A program made the position numbers and the translations under genes. The notes below the pieces were generated by a model, which was not told the origin of the DNA, did no database searches, and saw only the letters and a list, made by a program, of their open reading frames with translations. Of a stretch of DNA of 64,000 nt, positions 12,551 to 25,765 are shown piece after piece. Numbering within the stretch: position 1 is the first letter of the stretch; each line of letters starts with the position of its first letter. This stretch comes from Camelus ferus. Lineage: Eukaryota. The stretch covers positions 5,458,001-5,522,000 of the forward strand of contig NC_045698.1 of NCBI RefSeq assembly GCF_009834535.1, written 5' to 3'.

Positions 12551-15500
12551 TTTTTTCAGTAAAAGAATCTTTATTTTTATGTATAACCATAACTCTACGA
12601 ATAATTTTAGTGTGGTAGGCATGAAGTTCCTAGAGATTTAGCTTTCTTAATCCATCAGCAGTCGTTACTTCAATTCGTACTTTTGTAAAATTATTTCTTA
12701 TTTCCCTTTACAGGTTTTCCTTTTACATCCTTCTTTCCTTACGTAAGTTTTTGCAGAATTATTTTCCTTCTTTCACAGTTTTAGGAGTTCTTCTCCCCAA
12801 TCCTTTACACTGGACCAAAGAATATGATGGCTTGGATTTCTCTAGAAACAGTCCAATTAAAAAAAGGAGAATAAAGAAAAAGAATAAGAGAATAAGTAGA
12901 TGAAACAGGATTAGAAAATTGTAGGTTTTATTCCATGTTGAATAAAAGGGCTCATGTGAATTCGTTATACTATTCTTTCTACGCTTGTGTGTGTCCAATG
13001 TTTTCTATTATAAAAGTTACAGTAGAATTATTAAGAGATACTGTTTTTCTCAAACATTAGAACCCAGAGTATCAGTTCAGGACACCAAGAGTGTGCTGGG
13101 GAGATGCGAGGAGTTGGGGAGGGCGTGTTTGTTTTTTTTCTGAGATGAGATTACAAGTATTTTAATGCAAAATTTCTTATGATGGAGCCAATGGCCAAAG
13201 AACATCAGCAGAAAGTTAGGCATATTGACTACTGAGACAAGCCCACGGGAGGAACCTCACCGAGAGATCGAAAGGGCGAGAAGAGGATTTGGGTGAAAGT
13301 GAATGAAGCTGGGTTGGAGAGACTTGGAGAGTATGCTTGTGTGTAAGAGGGTCAACATGAGACCTGGCCTGAGAAGACGACCCAGGATCCTCAAGGCAGG
13401 GAAATGTGAGATGTTGTGTCCCGAGTTCCCTGACCTGAAACTGCATCATTTGGGGAATCGAGGCTGCTTCTATGAGCTATATGCCCCACGAGGCTCAGAT
13501 GCTGTAGGCACCAGAGGCGTGTTCCATTCTTCCAGATACGATTTCAAACAGCAGGGAGTTTATAGAACGAGATTTCTCAGCACAATGTACTTGATGCTAC
13601 TTAGCAGAAGGAGCTGCCACAGGTTCAAGATGATGCTGGCCCCAGGAGTCTTTACTGGCGAGTTGGTGGTGCCCCTCCTCCCAGACCATCCCTGATGGGC
13701 TCCCTCACCAGGAGCTGCAACAGGGTTTAAATGTGACTGTAAGGTGACTCCTGTGCTTGTAACAAGAGTCCGCACGGTTCATCGAGCATTTACTGTTTTC
13801 CAGGTACTGGCCAAACAGCTGATGAGGCAAATCTCATTTGCGATCCTATACGTGTTTAGACGCCCAACGGGTCTGGGTATTTTTCCAGTTTGGGGAAATG
13901 TCAGCCTTTGGGGGTTAACTCACCACTATGGAGCCAAGATCCCCTCCCTGAATTTGTACACAAAGTCTTCCAGTGGGTAGCTTTTTTAGAGGAAACTGAC
14001 CTTGTTTTTTGTTTTCCCAGAATTATATCAAATATGCTCAATTCTGCTCCTTCCTATTCTTCTTTCCATCTAACAAATATTTACCAAGTCTCTGTATGCA
14101 CCCAGGTGTATGGAGGTTGACAGGCAGGACCCCAGTCTTCTAAGAACCAGCTGGGATCTCTTCATACCAAGGTACCACCTCCCCTCTCCTGCCTGGTTCA
14201 GCCAAAGGGAAGTGCATTCCTTCTTTAGATCAAGGTAAGGAAAATTGCCTGTTTCGCTCAGGCAGTTCTGCCACTGCACCCTTCCACAGCTCCTGCCTTG
14301 CTGTCCCTGCTAACACAAACACACACACAGGATCCACTCTCTCCCCCAGGGACCAGGGATCATTCCAGTTCAACGTCTGCAGCCCAATAAATGTCCTAAC
14401 CTCTGCTGCCCCCTCCTGGCTGGTCTGAAGACCATCACTGCTGCTCGCAAGGAAAACAACTTTTTTCATCTGTTATTTCCCTTTACTTTACTTTTTTTTT
14501 CTTCTCTGCTTTTACTTAAAAAAAATGACATCAAGATTATACCTTATTTAAAAACATTATCAATATAGGATACCAAGGGCTATCATAACTGAATATGTAA
14601 TTTCAATAAGAAAATTCACATCATTTTTGCTTGCATAGATAGACATTAAAATTTAGTGGCAGGAGGATTCCGTTTACAAGGACACATGGCTTTATAATTT
14701 TCCAGAACTTGTCAAATTTACTCCAGTTGGTGAAATGAGAAGCCTTTTATCTGTTGATTAGCCTAAAGTTGTTTTCATAATATATAACTGCATATTTTCA
14801 GGATTGAAATTTGCTTTAATACACAGTGCCAGTTAGTTCTAGCCTCATTTCCTGTGACGACCTTGTCTGCTTTGTGCTGGGTGCTCTGGCCACAGTGATG
14901 CCTGAAATGCTTTCCCACCAGTGACCTGCCTTCCTCTGAAATTCAGCTCACAAATCACTGCAAGAAGCCTCCTCTCACACCCCAGGCAGGCCTGAAGTCC
15001 AGTGCATCCCAGAGTCTTGTTCCCGCTTGGGGAGTGCCAGCTGGCTCACTGCTGCTACCACCTGCGCATGTATTGTCTTGCCCCCTCCTCGCTCCTCAAG
15101 GTGGGGGCTCCTTTCGGCTTCCTTCGGGCGCTCTTAACATTCAATGGGTTGGCAGCATTATCAGAGCTCACTAATAAATGTTTGGTGAAGGAAGGAAGAA
15201 GGGAAGGAGGGAAGGAAGGAAGAGCTAAATGAAACAAAATCTCAGCAGAGGATGTAACTAAAAGTGCAGAGGGAGGAGTATCTGATTCCGATGAGAGCAA
15301 CCAGGAAAAAAAAGGTCCTGATGGGTGAGAAGGATTTAGATCAATGGAAAAGCTGGGGGAAGGTTTTAGGCTGTGCCGTCTTTTCATAGCATTTATAACA
15401 GACTGCCATCACCTCTCTGTGTGGCCGTTTAGTTAAGACTCTCTTCTCTTTAAGCTGTGAGCTCGTTGCCTCCCCAGCACATTTAAGGGGCGTTTCACAC

Positions 15501-15774
15501 CCAGTGGCGAGCTGAGCCATGAGAGAGAGATGGATGGCGCGCTGGACTCGGCACCTCTCCTCTCATTAATTTCCATTTGCTCTCATAGGCTCTCTCTCCT
15601 CTGTAATTAGAGCATAAACTTTACAGAATGATCTTAGCGCTCATCTGGTCTCCATTTCTACTCTGGAAACAGACCCCAAAAGATAACGTGAACTACATAG
15701 CACGACGGGGTGAAATCCAGACCAGCTAAAAGAAGCTAACATGGGCTGTGTGCTGCTCTGAGGGGGCGGTTACC

Positions 15775-16045
15775 CAAGCGTTCTGTGTTTATTAACTAAT
15801 TTCTCATTTCAATCCATTATAGCAAATTAATGGAACCCAAGGAGGGGGTCATTGGAACCTCCAATCTATAGCCAGTTGGTCAGAAGCACGGGTCATGGGA
15901 CAAGCTGGACTTGTGATTGGCATCTGAAAGGGTGATGGCGAGGACAGTATTGTGGCACTGAGCCCTCAGCCTGTGGGGCCCGATGCTGTCTCCAGGTGGT
16001 GCCAGAATTGAGTTCAACTGTGGGATGCCCAGCTGGTGTCAGAGC
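15775..16045 (+). mobile_element. MER21-like LTR, 3' part
   Basis: agcaaattaatggaacccaaggagggggtc...tatagccagttggtcagaagcac...cccagctggtgtc. Confidence 0.7.
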
Positions 16046-16561
16046 CCCCACACCCCACTCCCTCGGCCAGCACACACACTACAGTTGGGTAAAGAACCCT
16101 TTTTATCCCCTGAAATGTTAACGTAACGGGACAATGAAGCATCTGCAATGAACCAAAGAATTTAATTAATTCTAAATGTAAAATTTAGAAGTTTCTCCCT
16201 CCAATCAAACCTTTCCCCCAAACCCTGCTTTTTCACATCTTGATACATCTAAAAAAAACAAAACAAAACATAAAAAGCTCCCATATCAATACAAAATGTT
16301 TTCTTATTAACTAAAGGGTTATTTCTGTATAAGTCTACAATTATATATGTTTACATCCAACGTACCAGTCTATTTTTCATTGCTCCTTTTCCTGACCATC
16401 TATTACCTCCTCTAACAAAATATAAAAGAAAAACATGGGAGATAAAATTTTTCTTACATTTGTTAGAATAGGAAACAAAGGTCTCTCAAGAGTATATTTT
16501 CAGTTAGCAGCTACCTGTCACAAAACACAAGACTTAAAAATAACACTTACATGTTACGTTC

Positions 16562-16567
16562 TTTATT
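16562..16567 (-). terminator. FASTKD3: FASTKD3 polyadenylation signal AATAAA
   Basis: AATAAA about 200 nt after the stop, followed by a GT/T-rich downstream element. Confidence 0.75.
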
Positions 16568-16765
16568 GTACTGGATTGATTCTGTTCGATGTATAAAAGT
16601 ATCTATGACACTAGTATTAAATAAATATTAAAATTAACTTCAAATTTGCCACTGATAAGTGCATACACGGTGCGAGGAAATTAGAGACCCTTCCCAGATC
16701 ACCAGTCTGTAAACAAATGGCTAATTTGCAAGTTCTGTCACTATTTTGAGTTCTGAAGCCAGCAG

Positions 16766-16873
16766 TCATTCTTGATACCAATGTCTGCCAGAGTTTTGAG
16801 AAAATAGTTTTCTTTGTAAGTATTCCACTAATTCAAGTCTTGATTTTAGCATCTCAATCTCATAATAGGGAAT
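16766..16873 (-). CDS. FASTKD3: FASTKD3 last coding exon (108 nt incl. TGA)
   Basis: ctctctttacag|IPYYEIEMLKSRLELVEYLQRKLFSQNSGRHWYQE*; total CDS 1992 nt = 663 aa. Confidence 0.94.
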   Translation of the reverse strand: MPYYEIEMLKSRLELVEYLQRKLFSQNSGRHWYQE

Positions 16874-17939
16874 CTGTAAAGAGAGGAAAATAAAGTGCAT
16901 CATGATCCTCTGTAATCTGAAAGGTGTGCCCAGTGCCGGGCACGGTGCTGCCGGCTGGCAGGGGCTCCACCTGTCAGTGGGATACCTAAATGAGAATCAG
17001 ACACGATCTCCGTCCTCCAGGAGCTTACAAATTAGGTGCCAACCTAAAATATACAATAAATACAAAGAGTAAACAGTAATACAAAGCAGACATGCAAAGA
17101 AAATCGGTGCTCTAGTTTTGAGAGGGAGTCAAATTTTAGATAGGATGAAAGGCCGGCCTGAGCTGGGAGCTGATGAATGACCAGGATTTAGATACTCAGA
17201 GCGGTGGGGACCCCTGGAACGGGGTTGGGGGGGTGGGGTGGGGGGTGACGGTGAAGGAAGAAGAGGAAGAGGAGGGAGGAGACCACTGAGCTTGGAGCGG
17301 AGGGCCTGGCTGCGGGCCCACCTCGGAGGGTCTGGAATGTTGACCCGTGGAGGAGTCTGACTTTCTCCCATAAGCAGTGAGGAAGCAATGAGCGCTTCTG
17401 AGCACACTGGCATGATTTGTTGGAGGGAAATTAATCTGGGTCTGTGCACGATGGAGTGGAAAGAAGTGACCAGACAGGGGAGCAGAGGGCAGACTGGGGG
17501 CGGCTCAGGGAAGGCAGTCGCTCTGGGTACATTTACTGTGAGTCCTCACTCGAGACCTTGCTAAGCGAGCTACGGTGGAAATACAGAGTCTTACACATCG
17601 TGCTGATGAAGAACCTGGTTGGCCATCTTGTCTATTTTATTCATTAGATCAAAGGGAAATTAAAACAAAATAGATATTCCAATAATTTACTAATTCTTAA
17701 AGCAAAGTTAAGCACAGCTTATACAGAATTTAGGGATGGCTCCCTTTTGGTAAACAAAAGGTTTGAAAATTGTGTATTTCAAAATATAAATCAAGAGACT
17801 TAAGCCTAATTAACAGAGGTGGCATTTAAACTAGACAGAAGACCCAGTCTACGGGGCTGGCATACCACTCAGTACCCTGGAAAAAGCAAATGTGAACTAG
17901 AAATGGCTTTTAGGGGGAAAAAAAAAGGCGGAACCGTAC

Positions 17940-18054
17940 CTGAATGACCTGGTAACCAAGCAGGCGCAGGTGTCTCTGTTTGGTAGCTTCCTTCCCCAGT
18001 AAGTGTTTGCTATTCAAACAAAATCTTTTTGGACCATCAATGCACAGTGCTACC
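17940..18054 (-). CDS. FASTKD3: FASTKD3 exon 6 (115 nt), RAP domain
   Basis: ggtttttcag|VALCIDGPKRFCLNSKHLLGKEATKQRHLRLLGYQVIQ|gtacgg; RAP-domain pattern. Confidence 0.95.
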
Positions 18055-18392
18055 CTGAAAAACCAAAGAGGAGAGAGAAATTTGATTTTTAAAACAATCC
18101 AAAATATGTATACGTTTTTAGTTGCCAGAGTTTATTTGGGATTTAGCTATTCCTTCATGCCAATTCTGTTTTCAAATGAACCATGACTGTCATCCATTAA
18201 TGAGGTGAAAAAGTACTCAACTGTATTAACACTGAGATTCATAAAATGTTACATGGAATTTCCAAAACTAGTGTGCTGGAGTGTTTTTATTTGCACAATC
18301 ATGTCTACTTTTTTCACTTTCTTAAGAAAACAATCCCTGTTTATTAACCCTGACAAGTCTTGTAACATGTAAACCACAACAGTTTTCTTCAC

Positions 18393-18462
18393 CTTTTATG
18401 CACGTCTTCATCGACTGTAAATGGCACTACAAATCCATCTCCATCTAATTTAATTTCAACAT
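18393..18462 (-). CDS. FASTKD3: FASTKD3 exon 5 (70 nt)
   Basis: ctctcaccag|DVEIKLDGDGFVVPFTVDEDVHKR|gtgaag; phase consistent. Confidence 0.92.
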
Positions 18463-19568
18463 CTGGTGAGAGAAGAAAGGAAAAGCTCTTCGTGTGATAC
18501 CCTCACAAACACTCTCTTCCTTTCCTCCTCGTTTTGATTTCCTCCACACTGCATTTATCAACTGGGCAGAAGGCTGCAAGGCAATGACCACACCAGACAG
18601 CGGTGAGAACTTTAATCAGAACCATGCCCAACCACGTCAGCCTCAAGCTAAGAAGGGTGCACTGCACTAAAACAAGGAGGGGGCCCTCAAGGCATCTGGG
18701 CAGGATGTGAACCCCACATACACTTCACTCTCCTTGTAACAACTGGTGGGAGCAGGGAAGAAAATCCTTTGAGTTAAACAAAGTCAGACGCCAGTGCCAC
18801 CGACAGCTTTCATCACTGGAGTGTCGGTGCCCCCAGGGAGCTGAAGCAGCCTGCACCCCGACACATGGGCCCTGAGCACCCACAGGCTCCTGCCTTCTTT
18901 CCTTGTAAAGGAGCCCATAAAGGAGGGGGGAGACGTGGCCACCTGGAGCCTATGAACCCTGTCTTCTTTGAGCTGTCTCCTACTTAACAATTTTAAAAAA
19001 CTGCAAAGGCAGAAGGGCTCTGCCTGCCTAGTGAGCCCAGAACTTCCCGTGATGATGGAAATGCTTATACCTGCTACGGAGCACTTCCGGCGGGCAGCGT
19101 GACCGGGGGCCTGCACTGTGCATTTTTATAACTGTAAATAATTTAAATTTAAACAGGACTCGCAGCGTGGCTACTGTGCAGGGCAGCACCGGCCCGAGCG
19201 TGCCAACAGCTGACAGTCACCGAGCACTTACTGTGCCCCAGCTCCCGTTCTATTTCATTTCGTCCTTAAACAAGTCTTTGGGGTCACTATCCCACTTGTT
19301 CTCACCTTGCAGATGAGAGCAAGCAAACGAATGCCCAAAAAGGACGCCCGAAGTCCTTCTGCTGCTTTTTGGCCAACACGTGGGACTCAGCCCCACGCTA
19401 AGTCCTGGCTCTTCGGCCCAACTGCCCCCCACCCCCTATTCCAGTTTGCCTTCAGGGAAGGGCCAGCCCCATCCTGCGTTTCCAGACCTTTGATGCTACT
19501 GAGCTGCACGTGTTCCCACAGCCGGCACCGGGCTGAGCTTAGTGAACCACGGACTCCCCACTACTTAC

Positions 19569-19743
19569 CTATCGTGTAACGATAGGGTGTTAACACCTTT
19601 GAGGCAAAATACAGTCTTGCTCCTAAAAGGTCAATCAGTCCAATCATCACAGATTTATAAAGCTGAAAATCCACAGGGGTCTCCAGGGAGGAGCACGGAG
19701 TGAGGAATGATTTCACTTGGTATTTAAAAAGAAGTTTTGGACC
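19569..19743 (-). CDS. FASTKD3: FASTKD3 exon 4 (175 nt)
   Basis: atttttag|GPKLLFKYQVKSFLTPCSSLETPVDFQLYKSVMIGLIDLLGARLYFASKVLTPYRYTI|gtaagt. Confidence 0.94.
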
Positions 19744-20049
19744 CTAAAAATACATGTGCAAACACGAGAAAGAAAAATAAGACACAGTGTCAGAGAATAA
19801 AACGAAGGTTGCCTGAGTATAAAACTCTGATCCGAGGTGGCTCTGCAGGCAGGACACTTCTCCCAGACTTGGACAGGAGTCTTCCTCGAAATGACAATGC
19901 CAGATACTCTTGTGATGGTTCAAGTCTAACAGTGCAAAATACCTTTGATGTGTTTTAAATATAGTCATTAGTCACTGAGAGAAAGAAAGAGTGAAAGAAA
20001 GAAAGAAACAAAGACAGCTTAAGGAACATCTTTGGAACTCTGACAATTG

Positions 20050-21130
20050 TTTTAAGGGACTTGAGAACACCCAACTAAAGTTTTTAATGGTGGAAAATGT
20101 GACAAAGCTGGCATTTCAATTTAGTAAGAAAAGGACAGCTGTGGGACATATGGTGCTAGCAACTGGTCACCCATCTGGAAAAGAACTAAGTTAAAAGTTC
20201 TACCACACAATACAGATTATAATCAATTCAGGGTAGACTAAAGATCTAAATATAGTAAGAAAGATAATATTTTTTTAAAATTTGATAAAATGTTTATATT
20301 GCCTTAGGAGTCATAAAATATTCTTAAACCAGAGAGGAAACCCAGCAATCATATAAGATGGATAGATATGACTACAGAAAACTTAAAGATTTCTGTATGG
20401 CGAAAGGCATCATAAATAATACTAAATTAAAACTAAAATAGTTTGACACCACACACCGGGAGGAAATATGTTCAATACACATAACAGTTAATTGATATGT
20501 TTTACAATGTGTTCTAGGACAAAAAACAAAAGCAAAAATAAAAGACAACCCAAAAGAAATAGAAGTGAAGGTGTAACAAGGCAATTCACTGCAAGTATAG
20601 GAGGACAATAAACACCTGAGAACATGCTCAAGTTCACTGTTGCTCATTAAAATGCAATTCAAGCACATGACATGACATTTCACTGAGTCGAATGATAAAA
20701 ACTAAAGGGACTAATGACACACTGCAGCACAAGTGGGGAGATGTGGTCACCTTCACTCACTGCTGGTGAAATGGGACCTCTACAACCATCAGGGAAAAAG
20801 TCTGTCAGCATCGATCGAAAATCAGTCCAGTAACCCTACACTCAGGAAACTAGTCTTTAGAATAAAAAACCAAAAAGATTCCAGAATGAAAGGATATGTA
20901 AGTGTGTTTATGACAGACAGCATGCTGATCCAAACTGTGGGAAAATGGCTGACAGCCCATCAATGGTGGAACAATAGAATAAAGACCATGAAATACCAGG
21001 CCCTCCTTTAGAGGGATGCATTTGATCTGTGTGTATTACCTTCGAGGACTGTCCATGATACGTTGGGCAGAAAGCAAACTATAGTGTGAAGAGTCCCATT
21101 CCATGAAAATAAACTACACGGTGTTTGGGA
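20050..21130 (+). mobile_element. Old L1 (L1ME-like) ORF2 end / 3' fragment in FASTKD3 intron 3
   Basis: A-rich decayed L1 motifs (acatgctcaagttcact, tgctggtgaaatg, cccatcaatgg). Confidence 0.6.
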
Positions 21131-21719
21131 GCTGCTTGTAAATGCGGCTCAGTCGAGTATGGAGGACCAGGCAGGAAGGAGCAAGCCTGGAGATGCCATT
21201 TCTGATCCTAAACAACCTGCCTGATAAAGTCATCAGAATGAATCTTTAGGATAATTTATGCAAAACACAAACTCCACCTAAACTGAATGCTATCGTGTTA
21301 AGAGTGAAAATTCTGGCTTGGTTTAAAAACATACTCAGCAACGGTTCAGGAACTGTTCTGCGCAGAGATCACACTTTTGTACCACATGCAACAGCCCTGG
21401 GGAAGGCCGAAACCCCTCAGAGCCCTGGGAGTGCACCTAGGAGCACTGGGACCCCTCTCCCCGCGGCACTTGGTAAAACCTTCCAAGAAGACTCACACGG
21501 CAGGAAAAGGCTCTTTCAAGGACAAGATAACAGGAACGGGGTCCACTTATTAGAGACAAAGTTCTCTGCTGGCAACTTACTTCAAGTGAAAGAAAATTCT
21601 ACTTTCTAATGAAGGCACTGAGACAGCTCAAAAGAGACGGAACTTAAAAGATTTGGGGGGGTGGAGCAGAAGAAAAGTGTCCCTGCAGGTTAGTAAAGCA
21701 ACGCAGGTCAAGCTTTTAC

Positions 21720-21805
21720 CTTATAGAAGGGGCACTCTAGAACTGAGGTTAAGAAAAGCTGGGTCAGCTGTGCTAGGCTCAGTCTGTCCAGATAGGGTTC
21801 GTCAC
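21720..21805 (-). CDS. FASTKD3: FASTKD3 exon 3 (86 nt)
   Basis: tttgtttcag|GDEPYLDRLSLAQLTQLFLTSVLECPFYK|gtaaaa; phase continues from exon 2. Confidence 0.94.
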
Positions 21806-22487
21806 CTGAAACAAAGAGCATCGCAGTCAGAGTTAAGCTGGGCTTCGGCACGTGTAGTGAGCGAAGAGAACACCCAGAGTGTACACCGCTCATTCATTCA
21901 CTCCACTAGGGTGCTTTTAAATGGCCTCAGGGAAAGAACTTGTTAGAACTAATTATGCCTTCTTGCTTGCTGTCTCAATGAAATCTCATATGGCTTCCAA
22001 GAACTCAAGCTCTTAACCAGAAAATAGGATTAAAAGTCACAGACGTAATGTTAGTAGAATTAGTGGGGATTTCCTTTACCTATGGAGATCCAGATTTCAA
22101 CATGTTTGGGTGACCCTGAATTAAGATGAACAATATCATCCTCTCAAAAATAAAAAAAAGGGAGTGATACAGTTGCTTTCCCATCAAAGATCCTAACGTG
22201 TTACTGTGACACTGTCGTCGGCATCACCAGATCCCCGAGAGAGGACTCAGTTCTCAGCTAGGGCAGCAGTCTGCGGACCCAAGACCGTCCTCTCTCCATG
22301 CAGGGTTCTAGCATCTTTAAATCTGGGTTTATATTAGCAGCTGCAACTTTAGATCTCATCTTCAGATCATTATGGAAGAAAAAACAAAGGCAAAGCATTG
22401 CTCAGTTAAAAAAGGTACATACGTGACTTGAAAAACCACAAGTTCAAACACTAATTTTTCTACTCTCAGAAGTCATGGCCAACTCAC

Positions 22488-23925
22488 CTTGCAGCCGCTG
22501 AAGAAAATGTGGGCTGAATATTTTTGCCATAAAGTTGACTGGATGGCATTCAATAAGTGAACACGAATGGAGAAGTTTCAATAGTGTTTTGGGTGGAAAA
22601 GAACTGAAATGAGTTAACAGTATATTTTCTAGCTTCGTAAACAAAGCAGAGGCATTTGGTGGCAAATAATTGAGTTTTCCAAATGGTTCAATTAACTCAG
22701 AAATTTGGCTGAGTGAGAATTTCTCAGGTTGGCAAACAAAAGCTTCTGCCACCGCATTCAGGATGGGTTTGGAAAGAATCCGTTTGCTGCCGCAGTACCC
22801 CATGACCGTGCTGAGGACCTCGGGATCCAGGGTGAGACACAGTGGGGCGACGTGCTGCTCCAGGGCTCTTGTAAAAAACCTGTCATTGTGCCCAAAGTAG
22901 ATGAAAGCCTCTAAGACTTTTCCCAGCTCTTGGTTGGTGAAGTGTGGGATGTGCCTTACTGCATGTTTACCCAATTTTATAACCAGAGGAAGCACCTGAG
23001 TTTGATCAAGAACCACCAGGGCAGTGAGCATCTGGCTCATCAAGTTAGGACTCAGGCTGGAAACGACCGACAGAGAAAAGGTATTCATCTTATTTAAAAA
23101 CGCCTGGTGTTCGTGCACTGAGTTGGGACACATCTGCAGTATTCTATAGAGGGTCACAACATCTTCAGGGGTAAAGGCTTCCAAATTTTCACCCTGCAGT
23201 AGACATATAATCCGTTCTACGGCTGAACAATCTGGACCCCGCAGTTTAATCAGACTTTCCCCCAGAATACAAAGACTGTGGACGTCCAGGCCAACGCTTC
23301 CGAGACGATGCTGGCACTCGGCCACCAGTTTCGGCAGCAGGCTGCTTCGGGGGTCCACGTACGACAGAGTCAGGGCTTGCAAAGCAGTCGCCAAAGTGGC
23401 ATTTGACAGATTTGAGGGGTCCTGTTCCAGCTGATCACATACAGCTTGAAAGATGCTGTTCTCCAGTATCTCCTTCGGCAGCCTCTGGGCATCCCCCTTT
23501 TTTTCCACTTCGCAAATCCGTTTGAGGGCTCCTGCTGCCACAGCGTCGGGCAGAGTCTGCAGTGTGCTTAGGAAACTTAACACTTCTTCGGATGAGGTGA
23601 AGTTGTTTAGTCTCCTGTAAGATATCTGTTCATCCTCATTTTTAAGATTTTGTTCAAACCTGTCCCAGTCACGTACTTGAGAGAATGCTGGCTCACCAAC
23701 TGGAGGAAGGTCATTTCCATTTTCCGAGTGGAACTTTTGACAAGGGGCGTGACGGGACCTGACCCTGACAGGCCCAGGTGGCAGTGAACAGAACCATGGA
23801 CACAGATGCTCCTGGACTATTTTGTGAACATGATTCACACGTTGATTTCTCAGAGCAGCCAGAGCTCCATGTATCCGAAAATCAGATAAATGACAGAGGT
23901 TCCTCCGCAAGGTAATTAAAGCCAT
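22488..23925 (-). CDS. FASTKD3: FASTKD3 first coding exon (exon 2), 1438 nt CDS
   Basis: Long ORF MALITLRRNLCHLSDFRIHGAL...FSPHFLQRLQ; strong Kozak GGCATGG; donor CAAG|gtgagt at 22487; likely acceptor tctttaatgtag gives exon start near 23958. Confidence 0.96.
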
Positions 23926-24084
23926 GCCATCAGATTCTCAATTCCTCCTGATTTATACCTACATTAAAGAATTAAAAACATGGTCAAACATAACAGAACA
24001 TAGCTCACTCAACATAAGCACTTATGAAAGTCAGGATGAGTACCCAAAAGGAGTGCTTCTCAGTAAACACCTCCCACTTGAACC

Positions 24085-24589
24085 TGTGAATGAAAAATAC
24101 CGCCTGCCACTTCAGTAAACAAAGCACGTTGCAGCCTTCTAGCCATCACATCACAGTCACTCCCAGAGGTGAGCCCTGCGAGGAGTCAGGATGGAAACAG
24201 GATGCTCACCATCAAGCCCTCAGCCACTGCAGCCACCCCGAACAGTGCTCCCAGAGGGGAGTCAAGATGGGAAAGCATAGGAGACTGGCCCTAGGTAGGT
24301 GAGGTACATATCAAAAGAATGATTTCAGCAAGCCCAGACTCTTGCATCCTCCCAAAGAAAAGCACTAAGTTCCTTAACTTGAGATGGTTTTCAATTAACT
24401 AATCTTTTGATGTTCCAACTACCTGGTTTTTGTTGCAAAAGCTCGTATATATCCTGCTCCTCCCCTACCTCTTTGGAGCAGTCCCTTAGAGCAATCTGAG
24501 AGGGACTGTCTCCCAGGCTTGAAGTCCTAGAAAAGCCCGCCTATAAAACATAACTCAGCTTCTAGGCTGTGCATTTATGTCAGTCGACA
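24085..24589 (+). mobile_element. ERV1-type solo LTR in FASTKD3 intron 1
   Basis: TGTGAA...CAGTCGACA termini; TATATAT at 24446; 3' block taaaacataactc...ggctgtgcattt typical of MER41/MER34-type LTRs. Confidence 0.7.
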
Positions 24590-24654
24590 CATAAGTACCA
24601 AAGAGCAGAGTCGCTGCATCCAAGAGCTTAGACCCAGGGCTGGACCTGATAATA

Positions 24655-24835
24655 AAAATCGCTGTCATTTGCTGGGCAATGCTGCACTTCACGAGCATTG
24701 TTAGTTTTCCCAACAACACAACTTCTATGTCATTTTAGAAATGAGGAAATTGAAGCACAAAGATGTCATAGTGTCCAGCTGACACAGCTCATAAGTGGTA
24801 GTTAGGTTTCAAACTCAGGCAGTCCAGATCCCATG
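24655..24835 (-). mobile_element. MIR
   Basis: cattttagaaatgaggaaattgaagcacaaag...tttcaaactcaggcagtc core. Confidence 0.7.
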
Positions 24836-24885
24836 TGCTGGTTGATGGAAGGAATTGCGTTTGCTTTAACTTAAAAAAGGCAACC

Positions 24886-25030
24886 GGGGGAGGGTATAGC
24901 TCAGCGGTAGAGTGCGTGCTCAGCAAGTACAAGGGCCTGTGTTCAATCCCCACACCTCCATTAAAAAATTTAAAACAAACTAATTAACTCCCCCTTCCAA
25001 AAAATTAAAACAAATAAGTAAATAAATAAG
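24886..25030 (+). mobile_element. tRNA-derived SINE (Vic-1-like)
   Basis: GGGGGAGGGTATAGCTCAGCGGTAGAG...GTTCAATCCC, then A-rich tail. Confidence 0.85.
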
Positions 25031-25497
25031 GTCAAGGGACCATTACTTCAGATAGGTCAAATCAAGGGTAAATGCGCTTAAAGGGCCCCGAGGTGTTGGT
25101 TTCCCCGTAGAGTCAGGATTTGACCAGAACTGAGTAAGAAAGAGGTCTAGTTGGCAAAGGGGAAAAAAGAAATAGAATAAAAATAGTAAAACACTGGTTA
25201 ACGCAGGGGGAAGGTTGTCGGCAGGTCCACACCTGAACACCCGGCCGCGGGACATGGGGACGAGCGTGCGGGACAGAGGGGCCGGGGCGCCTCGGGGGCC
25301 GCAGTCTCCTTGGAAAGGACGCCACAAGCCAGGCGTCCCCAAACCCGGCGCCCCTGGGACCTGCGCTCAAGCACCGGCAGGGCAGGTGCGGCGGCCTACG
25401 AGCCGGGCGAGCCAAGGCAGCGCCGACGCTCAGCGAAGCCTCAGGCCACGCACGCCCGGCCGGGCCAACCGAGCCCACAGCCCGCGTGGACACCTAC

Positions 25498-25580
25498 CGA
25501 ACTCGGCGCGCCAGGGGTCCCAGCAGCCTTACAGGTCCCGGAGCCTCGTGGGCCCCCGTACGCGCGCGCCGCGGTAGGGT
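25498..25580 (-). other. FASTKD3: Probable FASTKD3 non-coding exon 1 (5' end approximate)
   Basis: Minus-strand donor TCG|gtaggt at 25497 within the CpG island; TSS cannot be fixed from sequence. Confidence 0.55.
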
Positions 25581-25699
25581 GGGGGCCGAGCAATCCGCGC
25601 ATGCGCACGAGCTGGTGCCCCGCGTCCGGCGCGCTGTGATTGGCCCAGCTCCTCTCCCGCGCTTCCTATTGGTCTCGGGAGCCGAGCTCTAGGCTCTGC

Positions 25700-25765
25700 G
25701 TGCGCAGGCGCGGGGGCAGGCAGTGCAGTTTCTTCGCTTTTCCCCAGCGTCCGGGCAGCCCGCGG
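25700..25765 (+). other. MTRR: Probable MTRR non-coding exon 1 (5' end approximate)
   Basis: Consensus donor CGG|gtgagt at 25766 just downstream of the promoter motifs. Confidence 0.65.

Noticed and set aside
22444..22487. FASTKD3 ORF tail ELAMTSESRKISV*
   Set aside because: Readthrough into intron 2 past a consensus donor; downstream exons splice in frame.
24886..24960. tRNA-like sequences here and at the other SINE heads
   Set aside because: Multi-copy, diverged, with A-rich tails and TSDs: SINEs, not tRNA genes.
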